Of a stretch of DNA of 64,000 nt, positions 29,866 through 41,492 are shown one piece after another; within the stretch, counting starts at the first letter, position 1, and the number at the start of each line of letters is the position of its first letter. A program made the position numbers and the translations under genes. Source of the DNA: Candidatus Latescibacterota bacterium (GTDB lineage: Bacteria; Latescibacterota; UBA2968; UBA8231); the NCBI GenBank assembly GCA_965217585.1, contig OZ244561.1:2784001-2848000 (forward strand), written 5' to 3'. The notes beneath the pieces are model-generated. The model did no database searches and was not told the origin of the DNA. It saw nothing but the letters and a program-made list of their open reading frames with translations.

Positions 29866-29914
29866 CCAATCCGCTAGGCCGTCAAGCCTTGCGCTCGTCT
29901 GATTCTATTCTAGC

Positions 29915-30310
29915 TCAGCATCCGCATTTGATCTCGGTACCAGATTTCGTCTTGTCGCCGCCGGTGGCGTAGCCGTCGCGCTTCCACCAGTCGAGGCCGC
30001 CGATTAATTCGCGCACTTGAAAGCCCAGCGTCAGCAGTTTCAGCGCCGTCTTCGTTGAGGCGTTGCAGCCGATGCCATCGCAGTAGCAGACATAGAGCTT
30101 TGATTTGTCGAGCGACTCAGTCGAATTGAAGCAGATTTCTCTATGGGGCAGATTGAGCGCACCCGGAATGTGCTCTTGGGCATAAGCCTCCGTAGAACGG
30201 CCATCGACGACGGTGATGGGTTCGTTCTCGCCCAACGCCACGTAGAGATCCCACGAATCCATTTCATAAGCAAGCTTGCGCTGGTAGTAGTTCATCTGGT
30301 CAATGGACAT
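29915..30310 (-). CDS. Rhodanese-like domain protein
   Basis: VDGRS..Y...HIPGA, CYCDGIGCNAS and GGLDWW motifs. Confidence 0.85.
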   Translation of the reverse strand: MSIDQMNYYQRKLAYEMDSWDLYVALGENEPITVVDGRSTEAYAQEHIPGALNLPHREICFNSTESLDKSKLYVCYCDGIGCNASTKTALKLLTLGFQVRELIGGLDWWKRDGYATGGDKTKSGTEIKCGC

Positions 30311-30361
30311 AGTTTTTCCCGTTGTTGAAGCGGATTGTCGAAATCGCGGCAGGCCCAAAAG

Positions 30362-31747
30362 CTACGAACACCAGTAGGCGTACAGGCGGGCGTTGTGCAG
30401 GGCGAAACGCAAGCGTACCGGCTGTCCTCGCAACGCGCTCAAGTCTCGGCCGTCGCGCCAGCGCACGGGCACGGCGACTCCGTCTTCGGTGATGGCGACG
30501 CAGTCTTGGGCCGTATGGCCGGGAATGGGGTTCCCTTCCTCGTCGAGCATTTCGACGGTTAGCTGCCCGTAATCCGCCTTGGCGTTGACCCGCAATTCAT
30601 CCCCACCCAACGCAAAGGGCCGAGTCGTTAGCTGCCCGCCGTCAAAACTGGCGTTGAGCGACGCAAAGCCGTCGAGGCGCAGCATGGCCAAGCCAATGCC
30701 CATCGTCCCCACATCCTGATCGGCTGCAATCGGCGGATCGAATTCGCGTGGGATCTTGGCGTGCCGCCGGGCCGTGCCTCGGTAGTAGATATAGAGCTTG
30801 TCGTCCACGGCAATCGGCGGCGCACCACTGAGCATTAGCTGGAACCGATCCCACTCACCCACCGCGCCCAAACCCACCAGTGGCTTCCCCGGCACTCGCT
30901 GCCAGCGCTCCCCATCGCGGCTGCACAAAAGCCGCAGGACTTGGGTTTGTTGTCGCGGGCGTTTGTCGAAGTGGGTCAGGATACCTAAGTAGTGAGCGCC
31001 GTAGTTGAAGCCCGTATTGTTGTAGAGAGCCTCTTCTTCGTTGAGCGGTGCTAGGAAGGGCCGCGGCGGCGACCAGTGGACGAAGTCCTCACTCGTACTC
31101 ATCAGCCGCTCGGGCACGCCGCGCAAAAAGGCCACGTAGCGCCGGCGCTCAATATCCACCATCATCGACTGCGCATCCCCGACCGGCCCCAAGTCGCGGG
31201 TGCCGGGCCGCGGATGGTAGCGAAAAATCGGGTCCGGTGAATGCGACCAGTTGATCCCGTCCGGCGAAGTGGCGCTGTAAATGCCCGAGCGCGGCCCGTC
31301 CCAGTCGTAGCTCGACCAGCCGATGGCCTTGTAGCGGCGGGTGGGATCCGGGTCGAGGGGGTCCTTGAGCATGGTCTCCCAGTGGTCCTGCCCTTCGTGG
31401 TGAGTCGCGGGGATGACGATGTTGTTGTCTTTTGAGCCGAGGGCCTCGTGGATACCGAGGGAGGGGCGCTCCCAGTGGATTCCGTCCGGCGAAAGCGCGA
31501 GGCATTGCACGTGTTCGCACCCCGGCGCATAGTGGCCGGCCATGTACCACGCCTTGAAGATTTGTTCCTCGGCGTCGAAAATCACCGCTGCGGTCATGCC
31601 GCCGTGTTGTTCCCACGGCGCTTCCTGTTTGAGCACGGGATGCGTGCCGTACTTCTCCGCTTGGTGGAAGACCCGCTCCACGTTTTCTTGGCGCTCGACG
31701 TCGTCCATATCGACGAAGAGGCGTTTGCGGTGGTCGAGTGAGTTCAT
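30362..31747 (-). CDS. Beta-propeller glycoside-hydrolase-like protein
   Basis: Several Asp-box repeats (SPDGIHW, SPDGINW, SEDFVHW, SRDGERW); LRLDGFAS C-terminal module. Confidence 0.65.
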   Translation of the reverse strand: MNSLDHRKRLFVDMDDVERQENVERVFHQAEKYGTHPVLKQEAPWEQHGGMTAAVIFDAEEQIFKAWYMAGHYAPGCEHVQCLALSPDGIHWERPSLGIHEALGSKDNNIVIPATHHEGQDHWETMLKDPLDPDPTRRYKAIGWSSYDWDGPRSGIYSATSPDGINWSHSPDPIFRYHPRPGTRDLGPVGDAQSMMVDIERRRYVAFLRGVPERLMSTSEDFVHWSPPRPFLAPLNEEEALYNNTGFNYGAHYLGILTHFDKRPRQQTQVLRLLCSRDGERWQRVPGKPLVGLGAVGEWDRFQLMLSGAPPIAVDDKLYIYYRGTARRHAKIPREFDPPIAADQDVGTMGIGLAMLRLDGFASLNASFDGGQLTTRPFALGGDELRVNAKADYGQLTVEMLDEEGNPIPGHTAQDCVAITEDGVAVPVRWRDGRDLSALRGQPVRLRFALHNARLYAYWCS

Positions 31748-31757
31748 TGGCGTTCCC

Positions 31758-31873
31758 TATAGCAATCCTACATCATTTACAAGGTGATCCGCAGATGGAC
31801 GCAGATAGACGCAGAATAGTAGAAACAAGACGATCTATCGCTCGAATCGTTCAAATCATCCCGGATTGCTATA
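31758..31873. mobile_element. 116-bp MITE-like element, copy 2
   Basis: Perfect 11-bp terminal inverted repeat TATAGCAATCC...GGATTGCTATA; body shared with 3555-3670. Confidence 0.75.
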
Positions 31874-31877
31874 TATG

Positions 31878-32612
31878 CTAGGTCCGCATCCCCGACTGCG
31901 ATTCGAAGCCCATCAATCGTTTTAGGATCGGCGTTGCCCGCGCGACGACCTCGGGGCGCGCCAGCTTGAACTGGTCCTGCTGCGGCTTCATAAACGAGCG
32001 ACAGAAAAACCCCAACAGGATCATCCGCTCCTGCTGGGTGTGGTTGGCACCGCTGCCGTGCCACGTCGCGCCGTGGAAGACGACAATATCGCCTTTGTGG
32101 ACGTCTAGCTGGATGACGTCGTCGTACTCTTTTTCTGGGTCGGGGGCGTACCCGCGCTTGTAGCTGCTCGGCACGATATGCGTGGCCCCGTTTTCAGACG
32201 CGAAGTCGTCGAGTACGTAGATGGTGTTGGCGCAGAGGGGTATGGGTGGCGGCGGCTGGGGAAAGCTGCCGAGTGGAAAGTCGATGTGCAGGCGGCCGGC
32301 CGGCGCACCCGGGCCGATGAGATTGACGGTGAAGCTGCTCAAGATGCAGTTGTCGCCGAGCAGGTGTTCCTGGAGCGCGAGTACCTGCGGTAGCTGGATC
32401 ATTTCCTCGTAAATGCGGCCCTTGTTGACTAGGTTCCACACTCGCTGCGCGCGGCCGTCGAGGTAGACGTGCTCCCCACTGGCCGCCCGCTCCTCGGCGA
32501 TCAACTCGGCTGAGCGATCGCGCAAGGCGTTGGCCTGATCCGCAGTCAACGCCCCTTTGAGTACGGCGTAACCGTATTCGTCGATATGGGCGACGGCATC
32601 CTCTTTGGTCAT
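31878..32612 (-). CDS. PhyH family dioxygenase
   Basis: LHID, NGATHIVPSS and GDIVVFHGATWHG motifs. Confidence 0.85.
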   Translation of the reverse strand: MTKEDAVAHIDEYGYAVLKGALTADQANALRDRSAELIAEERAASGEHVYLDGRAQRVWNLVNKGRIYEEMIQLPQVLALQEHLLGDNCILSSFTVNLIGPGAPAGRLHIDFPLGSFPQPPPPIPLCANTIYVLDDFASENGATHIVPSSYKRGYAPDPEKEYDDVIQLDVHKGDIVVFHGATWHGSGANHTQQERMILLGFFCRSFMKPQQDQFKLARPEVVARATPILKRLMGFESQSGMRT

Positions 32613-32626
32613 CTGCGATCCTCCTC

Positions 32627-33382
32627 TTATCCCCGACCGACAAACGGCATTTTCGTCGCCATGATGGTCATAAACAGCACGTTGGTGTCCAGCGGCAACT
32701 CGGCCATTTGCACTATGGCGCGGGCCACGTGTTCGACGTCAAAGCGCGGCTCGACGAGCTTGGAGCCATCGGCCTGCGGCACGCCGTCGTTCATCCGCTG
32801 CGTCATATCGGTGGCCGTGTTGCCGATGTCGATCTGACCGCAGGCGATGTCGTATTTGCGTCCATCGAGCGAGGTCGATTTGGTAAGCCCGGTAATGGCG
32901 TGTTTGGTGGAGGTATAAGGGGCGGAATTGGGTCGGGGGGCCGCCGCTGAAACCGAGCCGTTGTTGATGATCCGGCCCCCGCGTGGGTCTTGGTTCTTCA
33001 TAATTCGGAAGGCCGCTTGGGTGCAGAGGAAGGTGCCGGTCAGGTTGACGGCGACGACCTTCTGCCACTGTTCGTATTCGAGGTCTTCCAACAGCATGGC
33101 CGGCGCTCCGGCCCCGGCGTTGTTGAACAGCACGTCGAGCCGGCCAAAGTGCTCTTCGATCTGGGCAAACAGCACGTCAACGGCTTGGGGGTCGCCGACG
33201 TCGGTGGGCACCGGCAACATCCGGGCATCCGTTCCCGCCAGCGCGGCCGTTTCCGCTAGGGCCTCTTGACGCCGTCCTGCTAGGGCAACCGCATAGCCGG
33301 CCTCGGCCAACGCCAAGGCACTGTGACGGCCAATGCCGCTACCAGCGCCCGTGACGAGGGCGACTTTTGCACGTGATTCCAT
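32627..33382 (-). CDS. Short-chain dehydrogenase/reductase
   Basis: [12 protein letters not shown] and YTSTK motifs. Confidence 0.9.
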   Translation of the reverse strand: MESRAKVALVTGAGSGIGRHSALALAEAGYAVALAGRRQEALAETAALAGTDARMLPVPTDVGDPQAVDVLFAQIEEHFGRLDVLFNNAGAGAPAMLLEDLEYEQWQKVVAVNLTGTFLCTQAAFRIMKNQDPRGGRIINNGSVSAAAPRPNSAPYTSTKHAITGLTKSTSLDGRKYDIACGQIDIGNTATDMTQRMNDGVPQADGSKLVEPRFDVEHVARAIVQMAELPLDTNVLFMTIMATKMPFVGRG

Positions 33383-33412
33383 CTATCGTCTCCTTGAATT
33401 TGAATGGTGATT

Positions 33413-35599
33413 CTAGGCAATGCGGCGGGCGGCCTTCACCTCTCGGTGCCGCTTGTGCAACACGTTTTCTGTATATCCGTTCGGTTCGGTGCGACCGTTG
33501 AACACTAGGTCTAGCGCGGCTTGGAATTCGACGCTGGCGTCGAAGTCGGGTGCCATGGGGCAGTACGCTGGATCGCCGCTGTTTTGCGCATCGACCACGG
33601 CCGCCATTCGCGCAAACGTCGCCCGCACCTGCTCCTCACTGGCGATCCGGTGGTGCAGCCAGTTGGCGATATGCTGGCTCGATATCCGCAAGGTGGCGCG
33701 GTCTTCCATCAGGCCGATGTGGTTGATGTCCGGCACCTTGGAGCAGCCAATGCCCTGGCCGACCCAGCGCACCACGTAGCCGAGGATGCCTTGGACATTG
33801 TTGTCCAGCTCCTGCTGAATAGCCTCCGCACTCAGTGAGCGGTCCAGCATCGGCGGACGCAAGATGTCCCCCAAATGGCCCCAGCCCCGGCCCGCTAGCT
33901 CGTCTAAGCGCTCAAAGACATCGACTTGGTGGTAGTGCAGCGCGTGCAGGGTGGCCGCCGTGGGCGAGGGCACCCAAGCGGTGGTCGCCCCTGCTTGGGG
34001 GTGGCCTATCTTGGTCTCTACCATCTCGCGCATCCGCTCGGGCATCGTCCACATTCCCTTGCCGATCTGCGCCCGTCCCACCAAGCCGGTTGCGATCCCG
34101 ACGTCCACATTCCAGGCCTCATACGCGCGGAGCCAGGGTTGCTCCTTGATTTCCATCTTGGGCAACATGGCCCCCAACTCCATGCTGGTGTGGATCTCGT
34201 CCCCGGTCCGGTCGAGAAAGCCCGTATTGATAAAGACCAGTCGCTCGGTCGCTTGGCGGATGCACTCGACGAGATTGACCGTCGTGCGGCGCTCCTCGTC
34301 CATGATGCCGATTTTCAGCGTATTGCGCGCCAGTCCCAGCGCCTCTTCGACTCGCCCAAACAGCTCGACGGTTGCGGCGACCTCGTCCGGCCCGTGCATT
34401 TTGGGCTTTACCACATAGATGCTGCCGGTCTTGCTGTTGCGGTATCGGCCCTGGCCCTTGAGGTCGTGGATTGCCGCTAGGCTGAGGACCATGGCGTCGA
34501 GGAACCCTTCGGGGATTTCCGCGCCCGCCGCCGTGGTCACCGCGTCCGTGTACATGTGGAGACCCACGTGGCGCACCAGCAACAAGCTGCGCCCCGGCAG
34601 CACAAGACTGCTGCCGTCTGGGGCCGTAAATGCGCGGTCCGCGTTGAGTCGGCGCGTCTGGGTTTGACCGCCTTTGACAAAGGTCGCCTCCAGCGTCCCT
34701 CGCATCAGGCCGTTCCAGTTGCCGTACACCAGCGCCTTGTCCTCGGCATCTACTGCCGCCACCGAGTCCTCGCAGTCTTGGATGGTGGTGATCGCCGCCT
34801 CTAAGACCACGTCTTTAACACCAGCGGGGTGGGCTTGGCCAATGGGGTGGGTGCGGTCGATCTGGATCTCGATGTGCAGGCTGTTGTGCCGCAGCAACGC
34901 ACTCCGCAATTGGCCGCCTTCCTCGCGATAGCCGACAAATTGCCTCTCGTCGGCCAAGCCGACCTCGTCGCCGTCGGCGAGGCGAGCGCACAGCGCCCGG
35001 CGGCCAGCCGTCTCGCGCAAGCCAAACTCCACCACCTGCGCGTAGGTGGTGCGCTCCAGCCCGATCGCTTGGTCGAGAAACGCCTCGCTGCGGGCGATGA
35101 CTTGGGCACCGCGCGCAGCGTCGTACTCCGCGCTTGCCTCGCCGGGAATTGCATCCGTGCCGTAGAGCGCGTCGTACAAACTCCCCCAGCGCGCATTTGC
35201 CGCGTTGAGCGCATAGCGCGCGTTATCCACAGGGACCACCAATTGCGGCCCGGCGATGGTGGCAATTTCTGGATCGACGTTTTCCGGGCGGACTTGGCAC
35301 GGCTCCCCTTCCGGCAGCAAATACCCGATCTCCGCGAGAAAGGCATGATAGGCCGCCGCGTCCAATGGCTCGCCACGCCGCGCCCGATGCCAGTCGTCAA
35401 TCTGTGCTTGGTAGGCGTCTCGCCGCTGTAACAGCGCGCGGTTTTGCGGGGCCAAGTCCTCCACAATGCGGCCCAGCGAGGCCCAAAAATGATCGACGGA
35501 CACGCCGGTTCCCGGCGCGATCTGCTCGGCAACCAGTGAGTATATCCGCTCGTCGATGTGCAAGCCGCCACTGGCGACTCTTTCTTGTAGGTCTGTCAC
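33413..35599 (-). CDS. glcB: Malate synthase G
   Basis: [55 protein letters not shown] and [12 protein letters not shown]; start set at GTG 35599. Confidence 0.95.
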   Translation of the reverse strand: MTDLQERVASGGLHIDERIYSLVAEQIAPGTGVSVDHFWASLGRIVEDLAPQNRALLQRRDAYQAQIDDWHRARRGEPLDAAAYHAFLAEIGYLLPEGEPCQVRPENVDPEIATIAGPQLVVPVDNARYALNAANARWGSLYDALYGTDAIPGEASAEYDAARGAQVIARSEAFLDQAIGLERTTYAQVVEFGLRETAGRRALCARLADGDEVGLADERQFVGYREEGGQLRSALLRHNSLHIEIQIDRTHPIGQAHPAGVKDVVLEAAITTIQDCEDSVAAVDAEDKALVYGNWNGLMRGTLEATFVKGGQTQTRRLNADRAFTAPDGSSLVLPGRSLLLVRHVGLHMYTDAVTTAAGAEIPEGFLDAMVLSLAAIHDLKGQGRYRNSKTGSIYVVKPKMHGPDEVAATVELFGRVEEALGLARNTLKIGIMDEERRTTVNLVECIRQATERLVFINTGFLDRTGDEIHTSMELGAMLPKMEIKEQPWLRAYEAWNVDVGIATGLVGRAQIGKGMWTMPERMREMVETKIGHPQAGATTAWVPSPTAATLHALHYHQVDVFERLDELAGRGWGHLGDILRPPMLDRSLSAEAIQQELDNNVQGILGYVVRWVGQGIGCSKVPDINHIGLMEDRATLRISSQHIANWLHHRIASEEQVRATFARMAAVVDAQNSGDPAYCPMAPDFDASVEFQAALDLVFNGRTEPNGYTENVLHKRHREVKAARRIA

Positions 35600-35607
35600 T
35601 GCGCGTC

Positions 35608-35973
35608 CTACCCTGCGACTTGGGCACTGATGATCAAGTGCTCGACCCAATCGTCTCCAGCGTTGCAAAGCTGGTGCTTGACCTTCGGCGGAATGTGTAC
35701 CGCATCTCCCTCGCGCACCTCGTATATCTCCCCGTCGATCTTCATCCGTCCCTTGCCGCTGAGGAAGTAGTACACCTGCTCGGTGGCCTCGTGCTCGTGG
35801 TAATCGCCTTCCAGCCCCCCTTGCAGGCGATGCAGCGTCAGTCCAGAAAACCCCTCGAGTACTGCCTTGTCCGCGCTTAGACCCTCGGCGCTTTGGGCGC
35901 GGAAGATCGACCAGATCAGCTTGGATTGATGCCCGACGACGGGCGTGACGTTGCGCCAATTGCGAATGACCAA
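35608..35973 (-). CDS. Cupin domain protein
   Basis: [15 protein letters not shown] and [12 protein letters not shown] motifs. Confidence 0.85.
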   Translation of the reverse strand: MVIRNWRNVTPVVGHQSKLIWSIFRAQSAEGLSADKAVLEGFSGLTLHRLQGGLEGDYHEHEATEQVYYFLSGKGRMKIDGEIYEVREGDAVHIPPKVKHQLCNAGDDWVEHLIISAQVAG

Positions 35974-36137
35974 AATGCCCTCCTCGCGTTTTAAATCGTG
36001 TTGGGGAAATTCGTCGGCTTAACATACCAAACGGCGGGCGGCAAGCAAAGCGCACCCTGCCGCCGCCGCGCCGTTTGGTTAGATTTGTCCCCAAGTGCTT
36101 ATACAAACAAAAGACAACACCATTGGAGGAGGAGACC

Positions 36138-37049
36138 ATGCACTACGACAAATGCCAACGCACCTTTGACTGCGCGCCGACGCTCACTGATTCTCAAGTC
36201 CTCGAATTCTGCCGCGAGGGCCATCTTTTGCTCAAAGGCGTCGTGTCCGACGAGATCAACCAGCGCACCTGTGCTTGGCTCGACGGCGATATTCCAGCCA
36301 ACCCGAGCTACATCCCCGACGGCCGGACTGGGGCCGACCTCGACCGCATCCGCTTTACCCACGAGCCGAGTTCCATCTTCTTGGAGGACTGGTTCGTCGA
36401 GCACGTCCTGCTCAACCCCCAGTTAGCCGGTGCCATGCGCTCGCTTTTAGGCCCTAACATCGGCCTGCCGATCATAGCCAGCCACCACCGGGTCGAATGC
36501 CCAATGGAACCCCAGGGCTGGCACCAAGACGCCGACCACATCTATGGCCCGGAGCTTCGCTTTTTGGAGGTCTTCTACTTTCCGCAAGACACGCCCGTGG
36601 AACTGGGGCCGACCGAGTTGGTGCCTGGCTCGCACATCCAACCTGGTCGCCGCGACAGCGAAGAAGGGGGCGTGTTTTGCGACGGCCCGGCCGGCACCCT
36701 TGGGATCCACCACCAGAGCATCATGCACCGCCGCGGTAAGTCCACCGCCAAGGGTCTGCGCCGGATGCTCAAGTACAATTACTGGCGCACGGCACCCCCT
36801 CAGCGCGATTGGATCGTCGAGGAGGACTTCGATTTCCAGCGCGCGTATTACGGCGGGCACGGCACGGCGCGCTACTATGCGCACATGTTCTATTGGCTCT
36901 GTGGCAAGGGGGACCAGTTCCGCATCATCGGCGGTCAGGCTTGGCCTTGGCAGACCGCAAACCAGATCGGGCCGTCGTATGGCTTTGACGCCGAGGAAGG
37001 CTACCAGCCCAATTGGCGGCGGGACAATCCCGATGGATATGCGCGTTGA
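36138..37049 (+). CDS. PhyH family dioxygenase
   Basis: [14 protein letters not shown] and IMHRR motifs; GGAGGAG RBS. Confidence 0.8.
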   Translation: MHYDKCQRTFDCAPTLTDSQVLEFCREGHLLLKGVVSDEINQRTCAWLDGDIPANPSYIPDGRTGADLDRIRFTHEPSSIFLEDWFVEHVLLNPQLAGAMRSLLGPNIGLPIIASHHRVECPMEPQGWHQDADHIYGPELRFLEVFYFPQDTPVELGPTELVPGSHIQPGRRDSEEGGVFCDGPAGTLGIHHQSIMHRRGKSTAKGLRRMLKYNYWRTAPPQRDWIVEEDFDFQRAYYGGHGTARYYAHMFYWLCGKGDQFRIIGGQAWPWQTANQIGPSYGFDAEEGYQPNWRRDNPDGYAR

Positions 37050-37129
37050 TTGGTTGGATGGGTGGCACAAAAACACTTGTCACTAACCGCCGCAGGAAGT
37101 CAGATTGAAAGCATTCGATGGAGTAAGGC

Positions 37130-37225
37130 ATGAGTAAAATTGGCGGCGAGATTATAGACGGGTTACGCGATGCACTGGAGTATGCAAAAGGTGAGACGAA
37201 GGACAACAAGGAGCATCGCGTCAGG
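37130..37225 (+). pseudogene. Truncated HigA/NadS-like antitoxin N-terminus
   Basis: [31 protein letters not shown] resembles antitoxin N-termini; the HTH is absent where the hsdR stop codon begins. Confidence 0.5.
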
Positions 37226-40200
37226 AACTGGCAGCGATTACCTCCACCAGTTCCGCCACGACTGCCACCTCACCCTCATCGGCGCACGTGAGGACGATGG
37301 GCTCAAACTCGGGATTGGTCGGCTTCAGCGTGATCTTGGCGTGCTGCCATGAGTCACCGTTCTGGATCTTCTTGCTTTCGTATCGCTTGAGGGTGTACCG
37401 CGCCCCGGTTTCGGGGTCGATAGCGTCGTGGAGTTGAACCAATACCGTCTTACCCTGGCGTGTGCCCTCTACGGGAGCGCGGAACAAACCATGTGCTCCG
37501 TCGGGGACCGTGGGTTCCATTGAGCGGCCCACGATCTGTGCGACGAACATCCCCGGTCGCAAGCGGTGTGTAGAATCCACTTCGACCCACTCCCACTCCT
37601 CCTCGGCTGCCACGTTCTGGGGATTGCCGAACTCGCCGGCCGCGATAGCAAGCGGCACGAGCGGGACGCAGGTGACGTAACGCTCGTCGGGCTTGGCGGC
37701 GACGATGCGCAAAGCAGGAGGCTGGGCCGCGTCAAGTTGAGTGGTGGCTGAGACCTCATCCCCATCTCGAAGCCGCTGGTACGCCTGAGACGCTAGCCAC
37801 TCACTCACTAACTGTTGGAACGGTTGGTCGTTCATGTAGCGGACGAAAATCTCCTCGTTCTGGTCCATGCGCTCAACGAAGAGTCGTTCCAGAAGATTCC
37901 TGAACACCAACTCGAACTTGTCCTCCGGGTTCACTGCGGCTGCTTGGCGCAGTCCATCGTCGCTCATGGCCGCCTCGACGATCTGATCAAAAAAGAGCTG
38001 GTCGGCCTGATTGAAGTCGGTACCGAAGCGTTCGTTGACAACGTCAATGAGCTGCGAAAGCGGCACCGACTCCTCGTGTACAGCGCCGCTGCCGACCTCA
38101 GTCGGCCCATCCAAGGCGTGAGCATCATCCCCCGCGAGGGAGATCGAGCCTTCACTGATCTTCTGTAGGCGGTAGTACTCAAGCCGCACCTCGTCATCGA
38201 ATTGATATGCAGGACCGCTCCGCCGCCGTGGTAGCTTTGCCGCCAGATGGCGCAGGAATACGTACAGGCGTTCAAGGTCCGAATCCTGGTACGGGATGAC
38301 TTGGCTCAGGAAGCCGTAGAGATTGCGAAAGGCTTGGACCTTTCCGCGCCAGAGTTCTGCTTCGTCCTCGTCATCTTTCTGCAGGACGATAAAGCGCGAT
38401 ATCGCGGGATCGAGCGCGGCGTGCATCGCTTGGTGATCTTGGACGCTCTGACGCTGTTTTGGCTTGAAGTAAACTTCACAGAACCGCTCAACCTCTTCAT
38501 CGAGATAGATCCCGGACGCGTCGAGTTCTCCCTTGACCGAGTACATTCGGGCGGGATCGACCTCCGCTCCCATCTCCGCCCCTTCGTAATAGACCTTGAA
38601 TGCCTCGCGGATTTCTTCAGGGTCGTTTACAAAGTCGAGAACGAAAGTGTCCTCCTTAAGCCGGTGGGTGCGGTTCAGGCGGGAGAGCGTCTGGACCGCT
38701 TGGATGCCGGCGAGCCGCTTGTCCACGTACATCGTGTGCAGGAGCGGCTGATCGAACCCGGTCTGGTATTTCTCCGCGACCAGCAACACCTGATACTCTG
38801 GAGTTGCGAACTTCTCTGGAAGCTCCTTCTCCCGGATGCCCAGGTTCATCTTCTCCTCGGTGTAAGACTCGTTCGGAAGCTGGTCGTCTCGAACTTCTCC
38901 CGAGAAGGCTACCAGTGTTTTTATTGCGTATTGCTTCTTTTGGATGTAGCGATCAAAGCTCTGCTTGTATCGCACCGCCTCAAGCCGGGAACTGGTGACG
39001 ACCATCGCTTTGGCGCGGCCACCGATCTTGTGGCGCGTGACGGCGTGGAAGTGCTCGACCATTACCTCGGTCTTCTGCGCGATGTTGTGGGGGTGCAGGC
39101 GCAGAAAACGCGCCAGCGCCAGCGCCGCTTTCTTCCGCTCGACGTTTGGATCGTCTTGGCAGGCCTTAAGCAATTTGAAGTAGATCGCATACGTGGTGTA
39201 GTGCTTGAGCACGTCGAGAATGAACCCTTCCTCGATTGCCTGACGCATTGTGTAGCGATGGCCCGGCTCTCCATCTTGGCCGAACACGGCAAGCGTCTTG
39301 TGTTTGGGCGTAGCTGTAAAGGCGAAGAAACTCAGGTTCGCTTGCCGGCCACGCTTGGCCATGCTGCGGAACAGTTCCTCTTGATCTTCGCGGCCTTCCT
39401 CCTCCGCACGTTTCCGAGCTTCCTCCAGCAGATCTTCGCCTCCGAGAACCTCTTTGAGATCCGTCGATGCTTCCCCTCCCTGCGAGCTGTGCGCTTCGTC
39501 GATGATAACGGCGCAACGTCGGGTAGGCAGTACGCCTGTCCCCTCAACGCCCTGCTCCTCGGCCATCTTGAGTAATTGCTGCGACACAAAGGGGAACTTC
39601 TGTAGCGTGGTGATGATAATTGGGACGGCGTTCTCTAAAGCCTCGGCAAGCTGTCGGGAACGCTCGTCGATCTTCTGCACGACACCGAGCTTGTGCTCGA
39701 ACTGGTAGATCGTGTCTTGCAGTTGCTGGTCCAGCACGACGCGATCGGTCACCACGATCACGCTGTCGAAGACGCGCTCGTTTGCCTCGTTGTGCAGGGA
39801 AGCGAGTCGGTGCGCGAGCCAGCCGATCGTATTGCTTTTGCCGCTGCCCGCCGAATGCTCAATGAGGTAGTTGTTGCCGACGCCCTCGCAGCGAGCCTTC
39901 TGCACCAGTAGCCGGACGGCATCAAGCTGGTGGTAGCGCGGGAAGATCATCGTTTCGGCCTTCACCTTGCGGCCGCGGTCGTCGCGCTTCTCTTCGATCT
40001 GCAAGTGGATAAACCGGGCGAGCACATCGAGCAGGCTGTCCCGGGCGAGTACTTCCTCCCAGAGGTAGGCCGTCCGGTAGCTACGGCCCGCCGGATCGTG
40101 CGGATTCCCGGCACCGCCTTCACATCCCTTGTCGAAGGGCAGGAAGTAGGTCGCGTCGCCGGCTAGGCGCGTGGTCATACGCACGCATTCGGTATCGACG

Positions 40201-40778
40201 GCAAAATGGACAAGCGTGCGGCGTTTAAACTCGAAGATCAGCTCTCGGGGGTCGCGGTCTCGCCGATACTGGAGGATCGCATTCTCTACCGTCTGCCCGG
40301 TGAGCGGGTTTTTGAGCTCCATTGTGGCGATGGGGATGCCGTTCAGGCTCAGGGTTATGTCGAGCGATTTCTCCAATTGGGGCGAAAAACGAAGTTGGCG
40401 GGTGAGTCCGAGTCGGTTAGCTGCGTAGCGGGCTTCGAGGTCTGGGTTCAGTTCGTGGGCCGCCTTGAAAAATGCTGCGTGGAGCGTCCGCCCGTAGCAC
40501 TTGAAGCCGTGGCGCAGGGTTGCGAGCGAGCCATTGGCGTCCATCCACTTGCACAGGTCCGTGAGAATCTGCTCGCCGGTTTGTTCGCCGTGAAGGGCTT
40601 CTAGCTTGGCCCATTCCACGGGCTGGGTTTCGCGGATGAAAGCGAGGACGGTGTCGGGAAAGATAGCGCGGTCGCGATCGAAGCCGTCTCCAGCAATGGA
40701 GATGTAGCCGTTCTGAAGCAGGTGTGCTTCGATGACGGTCTCGAAGGCGGCTTCGGAATGCCTGTTGTCACTCGGCAA
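37221..40778 (-). CDS. hsdR: Type I restriction subunit R with C-terminal S24/LexA-like peptidase domain
   Basis: [15 protein letters not shown] nuclease motif, [17 protein letters not shown] and TGFD; C-terminal IAAG, GRSMEP and TLKRY. Confidence 0.92.
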   Translation of the reverse strand: MPSDNRHSEAAFETVIEAHLLQNGYISIAGDGFDRDRAIFPDTVLAFIRETQPVEWAKLEALHGEQTGEQILTDLCKWMDANGSLATLRHGFKCYGRTLHAAFFKAAHELNPDLEARYAANRLGLTRQLRFSPQLEKSLDITLSLNGIPIATMELKNPLTGQTVENAILQYRRDRDPRELIFEFKRRTLVHFAVDTECVRMTTRLAGDATYFLPFDKGCEGGAGNPHDPAGRSYRTAYLWEEVLARDSLLDVLARFIHLQIEEKRDDRGRKVKAETMIFPRYHQLDAVRLLVQKARCEGVGNNYLIEHSAGSGKSNTIGWLAHRLASLHNEANERVFDSVIVVTDRVVLDQQLQDTIYQFEHKLGVVQKIDERSRQLAEALENAVPIIITTLQKFPFVSQQLLKMAEEQGVEGTGVLPTRRCAVIIDEAHSSQGGEASTDLKEVLGGEDLLEEARKRAEEEGREDQEELFRSMAKRGRQANLSFFAFTATPKHKTLAVFGQDGEPGHRYTMRQAIEEGFILDVLKHYTTYAIYFKLLKACQDDPNVERKKAALALARFLRLHPHNIAQKTEVMVEHFHAVTRHKIGGRAKAMVVTSSRLEAVRYKQSFDRYIQKKQYAIKTLVAFSGEVRDDQLPNESYTEEKMNLGIREKELPEKFATPEYQVLLVAEKYQTGFDQPLLHTMYVDKRLAGIQAVQTLSRLNRTHRLKEDTFVLDFVNDPEEIREAFKVYYEGAEMGAEVDPARMYSVKGELDASGIYLDEEVERFCEVYFKPKQRQSVQDHQAMHAALDPAISRFIVLQKDDEDEAELWRGKVQAFRNLYGFLSQVIPYQDSDLERLYVFLRHLAAKLPRRRSGPAYQFDDEVRLEYYRLQKISEGSISLAGDDAHALDGPTEVGSGAVHEESVPLSQLIDVVNERFGTDFNQADQLFFDQIVEAAMSDDGLRQAAAVNPEDKFELVFRNLLERLFVERMDQNEEIFVRYMNDQPFQQLVSEWLASQAYQRLRDGDEVSATTQLDAAQPPALRIVAAKPDERYVTCVPLVPLAIAAGEFGNPQNVAAEEEWEWVEVDSTHRLRPGMFVAQIVGRSMEPTVPDGAHGLFRAPVEGTRQGKTVLVQLHDAIDPETGARYTLKRYESKKIQNGDSWQHAKITLKPTNPEFEPIVLTCADEGEVAVVAELVEVIAASS

Positions 40779-40811
40779 GTTATCTGTTCCTCCGCGCGTA
40801 TCTCCTGCGCT

Positions 40812-41492
40812 TTACTGAGGTTTAGTGAGGGTTGCCATATGCTCTTCTAGAGCTGATCGTAGTGCAACGCAGAACACGTAGAAGAGACTATTCCCGTTAC
40901 GGTTGCAAATCGAGTTTCGTGCACGCTGCGCGTCAGCATAAGACATTGGGTTATCACCCGTCGGTCCGTAGATGAACTCCTCAATGAAGAGCTTTCGTTC
41001 CTCGGTAAGACTCCTATGATCGAGACCGAGGACCTCAATCGTGGTTATGGCTTCGGTTCGATTGTTAACTGCCTCAATCTCACCATTAAGCTTGAATCGA
41101 AAGACCTGTTCGCAAGTAGGCTGAAGCGGAGACACGAATTCGGCACCATCGTTATCCCACCAACAATCCTTAAGCCGTGCGCCATAGCGAGGCTGTCCTT
41201 TCACATCGTCTCGTGGGAAACACGCTACCAGATTGGTGTAGTCCAAATCAGATCCATGCAGGTCCTCCCGGCAGCGACTCCGTGGCTTGATATGTTCCAC
41301 ATGCGATGAATTCTTGTCGATTCGACGCATCGTATAGGCACACAACCCGCCTTGGTCTGCAATCATAGCCACCAATATTAGCTCCTTATGGGCCGAAAAC
41401 ACCTCGCGCCAATCAGACTTGTTCGTTCCCGCAACTTCAGCACACCACTCGGAATAAGAGTGCGGGCATCCGGTTTTCTGGATGTACTTCAT
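40812..41492 (-). CDS. ptuB: HNH endonuclease, PtuB/TIGR02646-like
   Basis: DQGGLCAYT..RI, HVEHIKPR and LDYTNLVAC motifs; overlaps the ATPase stop. Confidence 0.75.
   Translation of the reverse strand: MKYIQKTGCPHSYSEWCAEVAGTNKSDWREVFSAHKELILVAMIADQGGLCAYTMRRIDKNSSHVEHIKPRSRCREDLHGSDLDYTNLVACFPRDDVKGQPRYGARLKDCWWDNDGAEFVSPLQPTCEQVFRFKLNGEIEAVNNRTEAITTIEVLGLDHRSLTEERKLFIEEFIYGPTGDNPMSYADAQRARNSICNRNGNSLFYVFCVALRSALEEHMATLTKPQ

Noticed and set aside
29744-29900. tRNA-Glu as integration site of an island
   Set aside because: No integrase and no duplicated tRNA 3' end seen in the window.
35600-36139. 179-aa N-terminal extension of malate synthase in the ORF track
   Set aside because: It overlaps the cupin gene in another frame; GlcB similarity starts at GTG 35599.
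38247-39575. Long antisense ORFs (e.g. 38247-39575, 6064-7146, 48165-49403)
   Set aside because: Shadow frames of well-supported genes in high-GC DNA with no recognisable motifs.
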